Of a stretch of 64,000 nt of DNA, positions 13,935 to 26,844 are shown piece by piece. Location of the stretch: the NCBI RefSeq assembly GCF_039654945.1, contig NW_027361832.1, positions 20,646,001 to 20,710,000 of the forward strand. Reading direction: 5' to 3'. Each line of letters opens with the position of its first letter. The first letter of the stretch is position 1. The notes beneath the pieces are model-generated. The model had not been told where the DNA came from. It made no database searches and worked only from the letters and a program-made list of their open reading frames with translations. Position numbers and translations under genes: made by a program. Source of the stretch: Dendrobates tinctorius (taxonomy: Eukaryota).

Positions 13935-14645
13935 GCTAAATTTGTCAGCAGAAAAAAATGCTATTAACCTGCAGATATGGGGTTCGGCTAAGTGCAGGTG
14001 CCGGTCTGTTATCCTGAGATATACTGCTGGCCGGCACCTAAACTTAGCCGAACGCTGCGGAATGGGGGGGAAATTAACTTTATTCTCCCCAGCAGCTTTC
14101 CCGATTGAGTCACGGGATGGCATAGGTTCAGTCACCGCTGAGTATAGACAGCAGCAGCTGTAACCGCGCCCCCGACTGACAGCCGGCCCCAATGCAGAGC
14201 CAGTGTCAGTAAGGACTGGAGGCATAGTTACAGCCACCGCTTTGTATACTCAGAGCAGTGATTGCACCTGCGCTGGCGCCGCCCCTGTGACTGAAACTGT
14301 GCCCCCGGCTCTGAAGACTAACGCTGGCTCTGCATTGGGGCCTGTTGTCAGTCATGAAGGTAGCATCGGTCATTGCTCTAATACAGTGCAGCGTCTGTAA
14401 CCGCTCCGCCGCCCTGACTGACACTCTTTCTGCACTGGGGCTCAGCTGTCAGGGCCGGGGGCACGATTACAGCCACCACTCTGTATACTCAGAGCAATGA
14501 TTCCACCTGTGCTAGCAACGGGAATGCTGCTGGGGAGAATAAAATTAATTTTCTCCCTGCAGCTACGTTCAGGCGCCAACCAGCAATATAATGCTATAAA
14601 CCTGCAGATTAACTGCGGTTTTTTTCTGGCGACAAGTTCCCTTTA
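13935..14645. mobile_element. TTAA-target (Kolobok/T2-like) MITE
   Basis: Imperfect long inverted arms ending GACAAGTTCCCT|TTAA. Confidence 0.55.
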
Positions 14646-15136
14646 ACATCTATATTGGTCAATTAGACTGTAAAATGCATTCCTACAGGTAACAAGTATA
14701 TCACAACAAAAAAGACAGAATTACGAAACTGGTTCTTTGGCATATATGTACATTAATAATTTACCTCCTTGGTGACGCCATGCATCGCATGGCACTACCA
14801 TTCTGGTGCCCACTGCCCAATCCCCTGAGGACATCTGGCCATGGCAGCAGGGCTGAGGCTGGAGGAGCCCGTTGACACGACCTTTGTTTTCCCACATAGC
14901 TCAGCTAACAGCTGGGCCTCATAGGACATCCGTATTTATACTATATTCAGCCATACTATTTTATTGCAGGTTCAAGTCCCCTAAAAAATAAGGGAAAAAT
15001 AATAGTAAACACATTAAAACTATCTGAAAACAAACAAAGACAAGTCTGACTCGCCCTCTTCCCCTACTCAAAACTAAGCAAATTATAAAAAGATAAACAG
15101 ATTTGCCGTCGCTGTTTCCGTACAAGCCTGCGGTAA

Positions 15137-15541
15137 GGCTAGTTTCACACTAGCGTTTTTTTGCGCTGCGTTTTTGTGCAGTGCAAACGCATACAAAAAA
15201 AACGCATCATGCGTTTTGTATGTGTTTGCTGCTTTTTTGCACGTGTTTTAACCATTTTTACTCTTAAAACGCATGCGTTTTTAAACGCAGACGTGCGCAT
15301 GTCCAGTCCATAGACTGTAATTTTTTTTTGCGCATTCCGTGCGCATACGGTTTTTTGAGACCGGTCGGACGGACCAAAAATGCAACAGGTAGTGTCCGGC
15401 GCGCCTGGGCGCACACTACTAAAAAAAAGCATGCGCACGTAAAACGCATGCAAACACTAGAGCATGCGCACCCATGTTAAAGAAAGGGGAAAAGGACGCA
15501 TGCGCATGTATGCGCAAAAACACGCTAGTGTGAAATCAGCC
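15137..15541. mobile_element. PIF/Harbinger-type MITE
   Basis: TAA|GGCTAGTTTCACACTAGCG ... CGCTAGTGTGAAATCAGCC|TAA. Confidence 0.85.
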
Positions 15542-15899
15542 TAAGAGAATAGAAAACGAATTAACTCATCTGGTTAAAGAAATAAAGAGTAATACCGACA
15601 CGCAAAAAAAACAATGGCGGAACTGAGGCCTTCTTTTTCCATTATTTCACCCAGCTTGGGTTTTTCCTCATTCCTAGTAAATTCAATGGTAAAATTTAAA
15701 ACCGGATTACGGCACGCAGAAGCCGAATGCTTTTATTTTTTTGTGCCGCAGCAAAAACTGCTGTAAAACGCGTGCGGTTTTCCCATGAATCTCACTGTCC
15801 CCTGCAATGGAGAGAGGGAGACAAAAGGAACATATTAATACCCCATTACTGTGAGCGTGGGCTCTGTCTCCATGGTTACAGTGGTGGGACATGGACCCC

Positions 15900-16149
15900 T
15901 GACTGCTCTGTGCTGCTATCGTGCCCCCGGCCCCCTGCAGTGTGACTGGCGATGTAACGCTGGAGCTGGGCGGTGGAGTCCTCCGGGAACGAGCGAGACG
16001 CGGTCGGCATACAGAGCGTCTTCTGTGCAGCGCACTGTTACCTGCTTCCTGGTCGCGGCTTGATGACGTCACATCGCACACGTGGGGCGGCTGCAGGTGT
16101 GGAAGGAACGGCGCTCTGTACAGTACGGCTTTCGCTCGGTATAGTAAGT
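15900..16149 (+). promoter_or_regulatory. RBIS: Probable RBIS CpG promoter and non-coding exon 1
   Basis: CpG-rich; CRE TGACGTCA 16064-16071, E-box CACGTG 16079-16084, GC box GGGGCGG 16084-16090, donor GTAAGT 16144-16149; the first coding exon has an acceptor at 19293-19294, so an upstream exon is expected. Confidence 0.6.
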
Positions 16150-16404
16150 TGCTTCTTATACCGGAGCCGGTCACTGTCTTCTGTATCTGGGGCATAATGC
16201 AGAAATCGTCCCCAGCCCCTGTAGAGATGACAAGTGTCGGCTCCATAGACAAGACCCTCTATGGGGTTTCCTCACTGTGGCCACTTTGTGAGTCAGCTGC
16301 TCAGCCTGTCCTCAGGGTTCGGAGACTTGACACAACGATGCCCCCCATCTGTGCTGGGGTCCGGTGCTAGCACCGCAGTCTGATTCTGTTCCATTCACCG
16401 GTAT

Positions 16405-19056
16405 TGAGAAATCTCCCAACTACCAGACGTTATACCCCTATTAGGGAAGAGCCCACCCGTGGAGAAATCCCCAATTACCAGACGTTATACCCCTATTAGG
16501 GAAGAGCCCACCCGTGGAGAAATCCCCAATTACCAGACGTTATACCCCTATTAGGGAAGAGCACACCCGTGGAGAAATCCCCAATTACCAGACGTTATAC
16601 CCCTATTAGGGATGAGCCCACCCGTGGAGAAATCCCCAATTACCAGACGTTATACCCCTATTAGGGAAGAGCCCACCCGTGGAGAAATCCCCAATTACCA
16701 GACGTTATACCCCTATTAGGGAAGAGCCCACCCGTGGAGAAATCCCCAATTACCAGACGTTATACCCCTATTAGGGAAGAGCACACCCGTGGAGAAATCC
16801 CCAATTACCAGACGTTATACCCCTATTAGGGATGAGCCCACCCGTGGAGAAATCCCCAATTACCAGACGTTATACCCCTATTAGGGAAGAGCCCACCGGT
16901 GGAGAAATCCCCCAATTACCAGACGTTATACCCCTATTAGGGAAGAGCCCACCCGTGGAGAAATCCCCAATTACCAGACGTTATACCCCTATTAGGGAAG
17001 AGCCCACCGGTGGAGAAATCCCCCAATTACCAGACGTTATACCCCTATTAGGGAAGAGCCCACCGGTGGAGAAATCCCCCAATTACCAGACGTTATACCC
17101 CTATTAGGGAAGAGCCCACCCGTGGAGAAATCCCCAATTACCAGACGTTATACCCCTATTAGGGAAGAGCCCACCGGTGGAGAAATCTCCCAACTACCAG
17201 ACGTTATACCCCTATTAGGGATGAGCCCACCCGTGGAGAAATCCCCCAATTACCAGACGTTATACCCCTATTAGGGAAGAGCCCACCCGTGGAGAAATCC
17301 CCAATTACCAGACGTTATACCCCTATTAGGGAAGAGCACACCCGTGGAGAAATCCCCAATTACCAGACGTTATACCCCTATTAGGGATGAGCCCACCCGT
17401 GGAGAAATCCCCAATTACCAGACGTTATACCCCTATTAGGGAAGAGCCCACCGGTGGAGAAATCTCCCAACTACCAGACGTTATACCCCTATTAGGGATG
17501 AGCCCACCCGTGGAGAAATCCCCCAATTACCAGACGTTATACCCCTATTAGGGAAGAGCCCACCCGTGGAGAAATCCCCAATTACCAGACGTTATACCCC
17601 TATTAGGGAAGAGCACACCCGTGGAGAAATCCCCAATTACCAGACGTTATACCCCTATTAGGGATGAGCCCACCCGTGGAGAAATCCCCAATTACCAGAC
17701 GTTATACCCCTATTAGGGAAGAGCCCACCGGTGGAGAAATCCCCCAATTACCAGACGTTATACCCCTATTAGGGAAGAGCCCACCGGTGGAGAAATCCCC
17801 CAATTACCAGACGTTATACCCCTATTAGGGAAGAGCCCACCCGTGGAGAAATCCCCAATTACCAGACATTATACCCCTATTAGGGATGAGCCCACCTGTG
17901 GAGAAATCCCCAATTACCAGACATTATACCCCTATTAGGGATGAGCCCACCCGTGGAGAAATCCCCCAATTACCAGACGTTATACCCCTATTAGGGAAGA
18001 GCCCACCGGTGGAGAAATCCCCAATTACCAGACGTTATACCCCTATTAGGGAAGAGCACACCCGTGGAGAAATCCCCAATTACCAGACGTTATACCCCTA
18101 TTAGGGATGAGCCCACCCGTGGAGAAATCCCCAATTACCAGACGTTATACCCCTATTAGGGAAGAGCCCACCGGTGGAGAAATCCCCCAATTACCAGACG
18201 TTATACCCCTATTAGGGAAGAGCCCACCCGTGGAGAAATCCCCCAATTACCAGACGTTATACCCCTATTAGGGAAGAGCCCACCTGTGGAGAAATCCCCA
18301 ATTACCAGACGTTATACCCCTATTAGGGAAGAGCCCACCCGTGGAGAAATCCCCAATTACCAGACGTTATACCCCTATTAGGGAAGAGCCCACCGGTGGA
18401 GAAATCCCCCAATTACCAGACGTTATACCCCTATTAGGGAAGAGCCCACCCGTGGAGAAATCCCCCAATTACCAGACGTTATACCCCTATTAGGGAAGAG
18501 CCCACCTGTGGAGAAATCCCCAATTACCAGACATTATACCCCTATTAGGGATGAGCCCACCCGTGGAGAAATCCCCCAATTACCAGACGTTATACCCCTA
18601 TTAGGGAAGAGCTCACCCGTGGAGAAATCCCCCAATTACCAGACATTATACCCCTATTAGGGAAGAGGCCACCCGTGGAGATATCCCCCAATTACCAGAT
18701 GTTATACCCCTATTAGGGATGAGTCCACCCATGGAGATATCCCCTAATTACCAGACATTATACCCCTATTAGGGAAGAGCCCACCCATGGAGAAATCCCC
18801 CAATTACCAGACATTATACCCCTATTAGGGAAGAGCCCACCCGTGGAGAAATCCCCCAATTACCAGACGTTATACCCCTATTAGGGATGATCCCACCCGT
18901 GGAGATATCCCCCAATTACCAGACATTATACCCCTATATTAGGGATGAGCCCACCCGTGGAGATATCCCCCAATTACCAGGGGTATAGCCCACCCGTGGA
19001 GAAATCCCCCAATTACCAGACGTTATACCCCTATTAGGAATGAGCCCACCCGTGGA
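16405..19056. repeat. Minisatellite, 55-56 bp unit, about 48 copies
   Basis: Unit GTGGAGAAATCCCCAATTACCAGACGTTATACCCCTATTAGGGAAGAGCCCACCC, head-to-tail, no spacers. Confidence 0.98.
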
Positions 19057-19323
19057 AGTTCGGGTTCTTCCGGTTCAACCAAATTGTAGTTCAAAGATCG
19101 GTTTGGGCACTAGAACCTGAACCCCATAGAAGTCGATGGGGGCCCCGAACTTTGGAGCTGTTAAATCTTTCTCTTCCAAGAGAAGTCCATGTTCGGAGCT
19201 CAGCACCTGACACTAGTTCAGTTTCGCTCATCTCTGCCCCTTATTTAGTGCGCACGGTGACAAGTTTGCAGTTTGTGATTTTTTTTGTTTTCAGAATAAC
19301 AAAGATCAGAAGCGAATCCAGCA

Positions 19324-19437
19324 ATGGCCAAAAGCAAAGGAAGAGGACACAAACAAAAGAATGTTTTTCACATTGCCAACACGAAGAGTGTGAAAGCCAA
19401 AAATAAAGCAAAGCCTGTAAAGTCCAACCTGAAGAAG
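19324..19437 (+). CDS. RBIS: RBIS coding exon 1
   Basis: Acceptor TTTTCAG ending 19294, ATG 19324, donor AAG|GTGAGC. Confidence 0.93.
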
Positions 19438-22400
19438 GTGAGCTGGGAGCGAGGACCAGGTTACCGTGATTTTATAGGCTATACCGAGTCGGTATTCTTC
19501 AGGCTTTTCCTTTTTTACATTTACAGATCAATGCTGCAACAAGTGACAAAATCAGCAAAGTAAACGAGGCTTTTACCAAGCTGCACAAAAATGTGGCCCA
19601 GATAAAGACGATGCCTGCAGCAGAACCAAAGAAATGTCAGGTCAGAGAGTGCAAGACATTAGGGTGCAGACCACGGACACGATTCATTAAAGGGAAGGTG
19701 CCGCCATTTTTAGTTTTGTATTATGAATTGATTGTATAATCAATTATTGTTAATACAAAATTAAATTCACTGTCTTAACTATTTTTTAAAAAAATTTTCT
19801 GCAGTCACTGGGGGCTGCCATTGCATTTGCTGGTGTGTAACGACACTTCACAACTGAAAAATGGCAACGTCTGTACATAGGAGTCTGCGGTGACTGTCCG
19901 ACTGCATCTTCTACGCTGTGGCTGCCTCCTGCTGTGACCTGGCACACCCCTTTTCCTGTCCAAGTCACAGCTGTGGGAGGAGGTCTGTGCCATTTTTGTG
20001 AAGCCCACAGCACTTTCCCTGTCACCGCTCAGCATGAGCTGAGCGGTGACAGGAGGTGTCGGGCTGGGAGTGATGACAGGAGATGCAGGGAGCAGAGGTC
20101 CAGGATGAAGTTCTTATTAACTGCAGGGAGCGGTGATTGCAGTCTGACCTCAGTAGTACAATACAAGGCTGCTCACCGCTGTGCTCAGAACAAAGCAGAG
20201 AAATAATCATGTTGTGCTCTAAGCATACTGACTCAGCTCTGTCACTATAAACTGACATGGCAAAGACATATATCTAATGCCCATCAAAGTGACTGTGTGA
20301 GGCCATTCTGCCGTATGGAAAGCACTATGTGGGGCCATTCTGCCGTATGGAAAGCACTATGTGGGGCCATTCTGCCGTATTCAAAGCACTATGTGGGGCC
20401 ATTCTGCCGTATTCAAAGCACTATGTGGGGCCATTCTGCCGTATTCAAAGCACTATGTGGGGCCATTCTGCCGTATGGAAAGCACCAGGGCTGTGGAGTC
20501 GGTAAGCCAAACCTGTGACTCCGACTCCTCAATTTCCCTTACACCGACTCCACGACTCCGACTCCCACACATATTGCTTATATTTAAGTGAAAAATTTAT
20601 TGTAGTACAATGTGAACCTCAGACATTTAATCATTTTTATGATCCAATAATCAAGATATTTAGATAGAACAGAATATATATTGGTGTACTACCCGGTTTT
20701 CATTCTTTTTGGTACAGATACGATATGGATAGACAGATATGGATAAATGGATAGAGCAGATTTCTAATCTGCTTTTGCTATTGAAAACATTATCTATGAG
20801 CTCAAAAACCTTTCAGGTGATGCAGTTTTTTAAAAAGATGATCAGCTTTTGCAGCTGAAAAACGTATCCTCAAAAAACACAGGAAAAACGCTGTGTGTGA
20901 ATGTAGCCTTAGATCAGGAATATAACAGCCATTTATAGGACATTTCATAACTTTCCCAAACTCCTATGAAAAAATATTTAGCACATCCTGCATTGAATTA
21001 CTGTACCCAATTTATTATATATTTTAGGAGTCGGAGTCGGTCCATTTTATACCGACTCCAACTCCGACTCCACCAAAATGAGCACCGACTCCACAGCCCT
21101 GGAAAGCACTATGTGGGGCCATTTTGCCGTATGGAAAGCACTATGTGGGGCCATTCTGCCGTATGGAAAGCACTATGTGGGGCCATTGTGCCGTATGGAA
21201 AGCACTATGCGGGGCCATTGTGCCGTATGGAAAGCACTATGCGGGGCCATTGTGCCGTATGGAAAGCACTATGTGTGGGGCCATTGTACCGTATGGAAAG
21301 CACTGTGTGTGGGGCCATTCTGCCGTATGGAAAGCACTATGTGGGGCCATTCTGCCGTATGGAAAGCACTATGTGGGGCCATTCTGCCGAATGGAAAGCA
21401 CTATGTGGGGCCATTCTGCCGAATGGAAAGCACTATGTGGGGCCATTCTGCCGTATGGAAAGCACTATGTGGGGCCATTCTGCCGTATGGAAAGCACTAT
21501 GTGGGGCCATTCTGCCGTATGGAAAGCACTATGTGGGGCCATTCTGCCGTATGGAAAGCACTATGTGGGGCCATTCTGCCGTATGGAAAGCACTATGTGG
21601 GGCCATTCTGCCGTATGGAAAGCACTATGTGGGGCCATTCTGCCGTATGGAAAGCACTATGTGGGGCCATTCTGCCGTATGGAAAGCACTATGTGGGGCC
21701 ATTCTGCCGTATGGAAAGCACTATGTGGGGCCATTCTGCCGTATGGAAAGCACTATGTGGGGCCATTCTGCCGTATGGAAAGCACTATGTGGGGCCATTC
21801 TGCCGTATGGAAAGCACTATGTGGGGCCATTGTACCGTATGGAAAGCACTACGTGGGGCCATTGTACCGTATGGAAAGCACTATGTGGGGCCATTGTACC
21901 GTATGGAAAGCACTACGTGGGGCCATTGTACCGTATGGAAAGCACTACGTGGGGCCATTCTGCCGTATGGAAAGCACTATGTGGGGCCATTGTGCCGTAT
22001 GGAAAGCACTATGTGGGGCCATTGTACCGTATGGAAAGCACTACGTGGGGCCATTGTACCGTATGGAAAGCACTATGTGGGGCCATTGTACCGTATGGAA
22101 AGCACTACGTGGGGCCATTGTACCGTATGGAAAGCACTACGTGGGGCCATTCTGCCGTATGGAAAGCACTATGTGGGGCCATTGTGCCGTATGGAAAGCA
22201 CTATGTGGGGCCATTGTACCGTATGGAAAGCACTATGTGGGGCCATTCTGCCGTCTGGAAAGCACTATGTGGGGCCATTCTGCCGTCTGGAAAGCACTAT
22301 GCGGGGCTATTGTGCCGTATGGAAAGCACTCTGTGGGGCCATTCTGCCGTATGGAAAGCACTATGCGGGGCCATTCTGCCGTATGGAAAGCACTATGCGG

Positions 22401-22918
22401 GGCCATTCTGCCATATGGAAAGCATGCGGGGCCATTCTGCCGTATGGAAAGCACTATGCGGGGCCATTAAACTGTCTGGCCACTCCGTAGGGGTCTAATG
22501 TGCTTAGAGGGCCGTGTCTTGTTTCAGTTTACTTCATCTTGTAAATTTCAGATTCTTGTAGATATCTCAGATTTTGTAGCCCTGCTTTTTCTCCTGTATC
22601 TTCCAGCAGTATGTTACCAGCAGACATTGATTCTCAGGACCTGATCCTGCAGCCATGTCATTATCCTGTGGACATAAGCCCTGAGAATGGCCTCTTACCT
22701 AATAGCATCGGCACTGGACCCGATCCTGTGAATTGATTTGCGCCAACTTCATCTAGAACCAATGTGCCTGTCTTGAGAAGTCTGGTGTAGAAACCATATG
22801 TACTTGGAAGAGGGGTTGTAGATTTAAATTATGCTATTTTCTTTTCTAGATTTCCCGACCCGCTCCAGCAGCCCCCATTGACATAGAAAACGCCACAGAA
22901 CTGTTTTCCAATCTGTGA
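19324..22918 (+). CDS. RBIS: Ribosomal biogenesis factor (C8orf59), 98 aa; join(19324-19437,19527-19640,22850-22918)
   Basis: MAKSKGRGHKQKNVFHIANTKSVKAKNKAKPVKSNLKK/INAATSDKISKVNEAFTKLHKNVAQ.../ISRPAPAAPIDIENATELFSNL*; GT-AG phase-0 introns; matches the recalled RBIS motif NVFHIA..KAKNKAKPV..NLKKIN; convergent with E2F5 as in mammals. Confidence 0.93.
19527..19640 (+). CDS. RBIS: RBIS coding exon 2
   Basis: TTTACAG|ATC ... CAG|GTCAGA, 114 nt, open frame. Confidence 0.9.
20297..22468. repeat. Minisatellite, 32 bp unit, in RBIS last intron, interrupted by a hAT MITE
   Basis: Unit TGTGGGGCCATTCTGCCGTATGGAAAGCACTA. Confidence 0.98.
20486..21101. mobile_element. Non-autonomous hAT element
   Basis: Perfect TIR CAGGGCTGTGGAGTCGG / CCGACTCCACAGCCCTG, 8-bp TSD GAAAGCAC (20478-20485, 21102-21109), subterminal (CCGACT)n. 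Confidence 0.92.
22850..22918 (+). CDS. RBIS: RBIS last coding exon
   Basis: TTTTCTTTTCTAG|ATT...CTG TGA; PIDIENATELF resembles the RBIS C-terminus. Confidence 0.85.
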   Translation: MSRPAPAAPIDIENATELFSNL

Positions 22919-22985
22919 TGGACGTCTGTTTTTCTATGCAGCATCCAGTAAAATGCACACAGGGACTAAGTGGATGTATGTACAT

Positions 22986-22991
22986 TTTATT
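22986..22991 (-). terminator. Candidate distal E2F5 polyadenylation signal AATAAA
   Basis: TTTATT on +; lies just past miRNA seed matches on the minus strand. Confidence 0.45.
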
Positions 22992-23178
22992 GAAAACATG
23001 ACGTACAAAAATACAAAACAAAAAGTGGTTACACAACAAGGACGATGGGACGTTACTACAGATCCATGTACTTTACACAACCGATCAAAGGACCGACCTG
23101 GAGAAAGTGATACTAACTACAAGGCACTTGATGTAATCAGGTGGGAGACATGGCAGTGATTATTCATCATGTCAGTAA

Positions 23179-23278
23179 AATAAAAAGGCTTGGCACAAAG
23201 TGCACCACGCGTGTGTAATGGTTACATCTAAGAAATTAATTTGTGACGTGTGATACAAGACCACTCATATGCAATAAA
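23179..23278 (+). terminator. Candidate RBIS polyadenylation signals (AATAAA 23179-23184 and 23273-23278)
   Basis: First AATAAA hexamers seen after the RBIS stop. Confidence 0.5.
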
Positions 23279-25878
23279 TCTTCAGCCCTTGTAATGTCAT
23301 AGGCATCGTGGTCGGAGATGACCATCAGTCAGATGTGAATACAGTCCACAACTGCTTTGTGCTGTAAATGCATTTTCCTTCTGATGAAAGATGCATGCTG
23401 CCGTGCATTTAGGCCGGGGCTGATACGCTTCGTATGCGCTGAGTTTTTAGTTACTGTGGTACGTATATGTCTGCAAAGTATACACGTGACAATGGCCCAG
23501 TCTGGATGGAGGCCACACTATATATGCTTATTTGCAGTAGCCCTCTGTATAAGTCGTAATATGCTGTACTTTCCAATACAGTTTGATAGACTGAAGCCGT
23601 AAGTGTCCTTTTGGCTGCCTCCTGGCCACGATATGTTGTATATAGTGATGAGCGAGTGTGCTCGTGTCCTAATCCAAGTGTCTTCAGTGTGCTAAAAAAA
23701 AATATATGCTCAAATCATTGCAGCTCCATTTCTCGCAGTTTGACAGCCACAACACATGCAGGGATTGCATGTTTGTTAGTCAATCCTTGCATGTGTTGCA
23801 GCCGCGGCGACTTTTTTTTTTTTTGAGTACGCCAAAAATACTCAATTTGGACCCAAGCATCTTCGGATATCACCTTAACTGCGCACGTCTGCTTCATCAC
23901 TAGTTGAATACAGAGAGGTGAATGGGAGCGTATGAAAACCATTCTGTGCGCTAGATTTTTTCCCAGAATACACATCTATACTTTTTGTACAGTAATTATG
24001 GACTTAGGTGGGATGACTGACAAATGAAATTAAATATAGTTTTTGGGCAGTACCGATATGTCTACAGAAGGGCCTAGCAGACGGTGTGCACACATGCCTT
24101 CCAATAACAGAATGTGCCAGCAATCTGATCGGGATATCAGCGTTTACAAACATGAAATGCTTTGGCAGTCACTGACATCCAACATGTCTGCTTCACATTT
24201 TCCCCAAACTTTTGAAGTTAGAACCTGCCCCCCTACACCTTTAGTATACCAGAAAATCAGCAGTATTGCTGGGGTCCTCGGATCCCCCTACAGCTCCCGG
24301 GCACAGGACAGTGACCGGCTGCTTAGTCGCTATGGGAAGGTTCTCACTTTTCAATACTAGAACCTGCACAAGATTTTGTGCATAATTGTTAATATTTTGG
24401 CAAAGAGGGAGGAGTGGATTCACAGGTCCTCGCCAGTCTTCTTCATGGTCCAATCACTGGGTACGGCCAGGACTGGCTGAGCAGGCATTGTCTGCATGTC
24501 TGAAGGGGACCAGGAGCAGCATAAATTCAGCAAGATATCACTTTTTTTTTTTTTTTTTTTTTAACAAAATCATCAGAAGCTGGCTAGGCTCAGTTCACAT
24601 TAACAAAAGCTCTATTCATGCATTAAACAGATCAGTCATACAGAAAATGGTACATATAGACTCCATTGGGTGGAACAATTTGTGTTCTTTGGGTGTCTCT
24701 TTTATTGGGAAAGAAATAAAGATGGTGAGACATCTGACATGAAGCTGCTCATTGTCTAAAAAGCCGTCCCTGACCATTACTAGCCGTTCTGTGCTGCAGG
24801 GAACCATGTATAGAAAAGAAGTAATTGTCACTTCTTTCCGGCATCAGTGGTCACATACTGTATAAGCTCCCCGGAGTACAATGTGTCTGCTCAATCCCTG
24901 CAGCAGGTCTGGCCACCACCTTAGTGTCAGCGATCCATCACCCGTGGGGGGTTAGAAGCAGCTTTATTTTATTTGTGGCAGTTTTCATTAAAAAAAAAAA
25001 AATGTCCTTTAGCGCTGTGAGCCCCAGCCATCTTGTCTACAACCTGCACTTGTCATTATTTCTCATGGAGAAAAAAAAAGGGACAGATCCTCACAGCTTT
25101 TTCGAACGTTTATATAAACAAAAAGTGTGAGGAATTGCAAAGAAGTAGAAAAAGTAAAGACATCTTAGTTGCATTTTATTATCTGTATTCTGGTCATGAG
25201 ACTGGAGTCTAGTAAGCCCCTCACTCCTGTACTCGGATCACAGATGGCTGCAGACCAATGTCCTGCTCACAAGGGTCCAAAACACAAGGAAAGTTGTTCC
25301 TTGCTCACTTCTGGACCACCCTGACATAACAGGAGCAGCGTGGTCACCAGTGATATTGTCCTGGACCACCTCTCCATAGAATAGGTTGTTGATATGAACT
25401 GGTGCAGGTCCAACGCTGATCAGAGACAATCTGCTGTGCTGCCAGATACAAGCAACGTACATTGTATGTGGCCCCTGGAAGCGGTGATCAGGGCTCTGTT
25501 CTGCCCCGTACACCGCTTCTATCTGACAAGCACTGGCGCAGATGGCAGTTGATCAGAGGGGGCGCTGTTCTCAAGTGATTACCTATCGTATGGCTAGATC
25601 AATTATTTTAGTAGACTCATAAGTCACGCTTTTGTCACTCAACACCTACTGACTGCCATGAACACTATGAAAGCAGATGCAGTGTTAGTAGAATAGGATC
25701 CTAGGTCCTGAAGGTAGGAGCAGAATTTTTTCCAAAATTTTTACTTGGAAGAGTACAGGCAAGTCAGAATTTTAGTAAATACTTATAGTCTATTGGCAAT
25801 AAGAATATATATACACTCTATGTTACCATGATGTAAATCAAGAGGAGACCAGCACGTACACCAGGCAGCAAGAGTACT

Positions 25879-26268
25879 GGATGGGTCAGCAAGATGGGGC
25901 AGCAGGCGCCACAGGATGGGTCAGACAGCACGAGGGATGGATCAGCGAGATGGGGCAGTGGGCGCTACAGGATGGGGCAGAGAGACGAGGCAGTGGGTGC
26001 CATGGAATAGGTAAGCGGGAAAGAGGGATGGACCATCGACACGGGGCAGCGGACGCCACAGGATGGGTCAGCGAGACGAGGCAGTGGGTGCCATGGAATA
26101 GGTCAGTGGGAACGAGGGATGGACCATCGATACGGGGCAGCGGGCGCCACAGGATGGGTCAGCGAGACGGGGCAGCGGGCGCCACAGAATGGGTCAGCGA
26201 GACGGGGCAGCGGGCGCCACAGAATGGGTCAGCGAGACGGGGCAGCGGGCGCCACAGGATGGGTCAGC
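25879..26268. repeat. Diverged minisatellite, about 35 bp unit
   Basis: Unit GGATGGGTCAGCGAGACGGGGCAGCGGGCGCCACA. Confidence 0.85.
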
Positions 26269-26667
26269 ATATACGCAATTATTTGGAGTATGGATACAAC
26301 AATGACTGAAGAAAAAAAAAAAGGTCATATGCTTTGTATTAACAATGTTTTGGCCTCAAAATGCAGCTGCTCAATACAGAAAATACTTCATGGATGTATA
26401 GAATGACTGAACAATATACACACAAAGTTCTCTAGCCATGGACAGGAGCTATGCAAATTTCCCAAACTTCTGGGTTTCCCGCTGAGGTGTTTGATTCGCT
26501 GGTCTGGTATAATCTGTGCGGTAGAGTCTGGGATGCCTGAGGGTAAGGAAACTTGCGCAGCTCCTGTCCACGGCCGAACACTGACCTGCACCAGGATTGG
26601 AAAAACTATCCGCTCATCTCTACTGAAATAAATGAACATTTGATTCTACTTCTGAGTCAATGGGTAA

Positions 26668-26844
26668 GGTCACGTTCACACGGGCAGTATTTGGTCAGTA
26701 TTTTACATCAGTATTTGTAAGCCAAAACCAGTAGTGGAAAAATCAGAGAAAAGTATAATAGAAACACGTCACCACTTCTGTATTTATCATCCTGATCTTG
26801 GCTTACAAATACTGATGTGAAATAATGAAGGTGTGAACATGGCC
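26668..26844. mobile_element. Short Harbinger-type MITE in the putative E2F5 3'UTR
   Basis: TAA|GGTCACGTTCACAC ... GTGTGAACATGGCC|TAA; related fragment at 49793-49938. Confidence 0.75.

Noticed and set aside
1-15900. Carbonic anhydrase coding exons expected from mammalian synteny
   Set aside because: No recognisable CA peptide found by eye or in the ORF track; small exons could have been missed
16405-19056. CRISPR-like regular repeats
   Set aside because: No unique spacers, no cas genes, vertebrate context
20966-22498. 448-510 aa ORFs in three frames
   Set aside because: Product of a stop-free 32-bp tandem unit inside an RBIS intron
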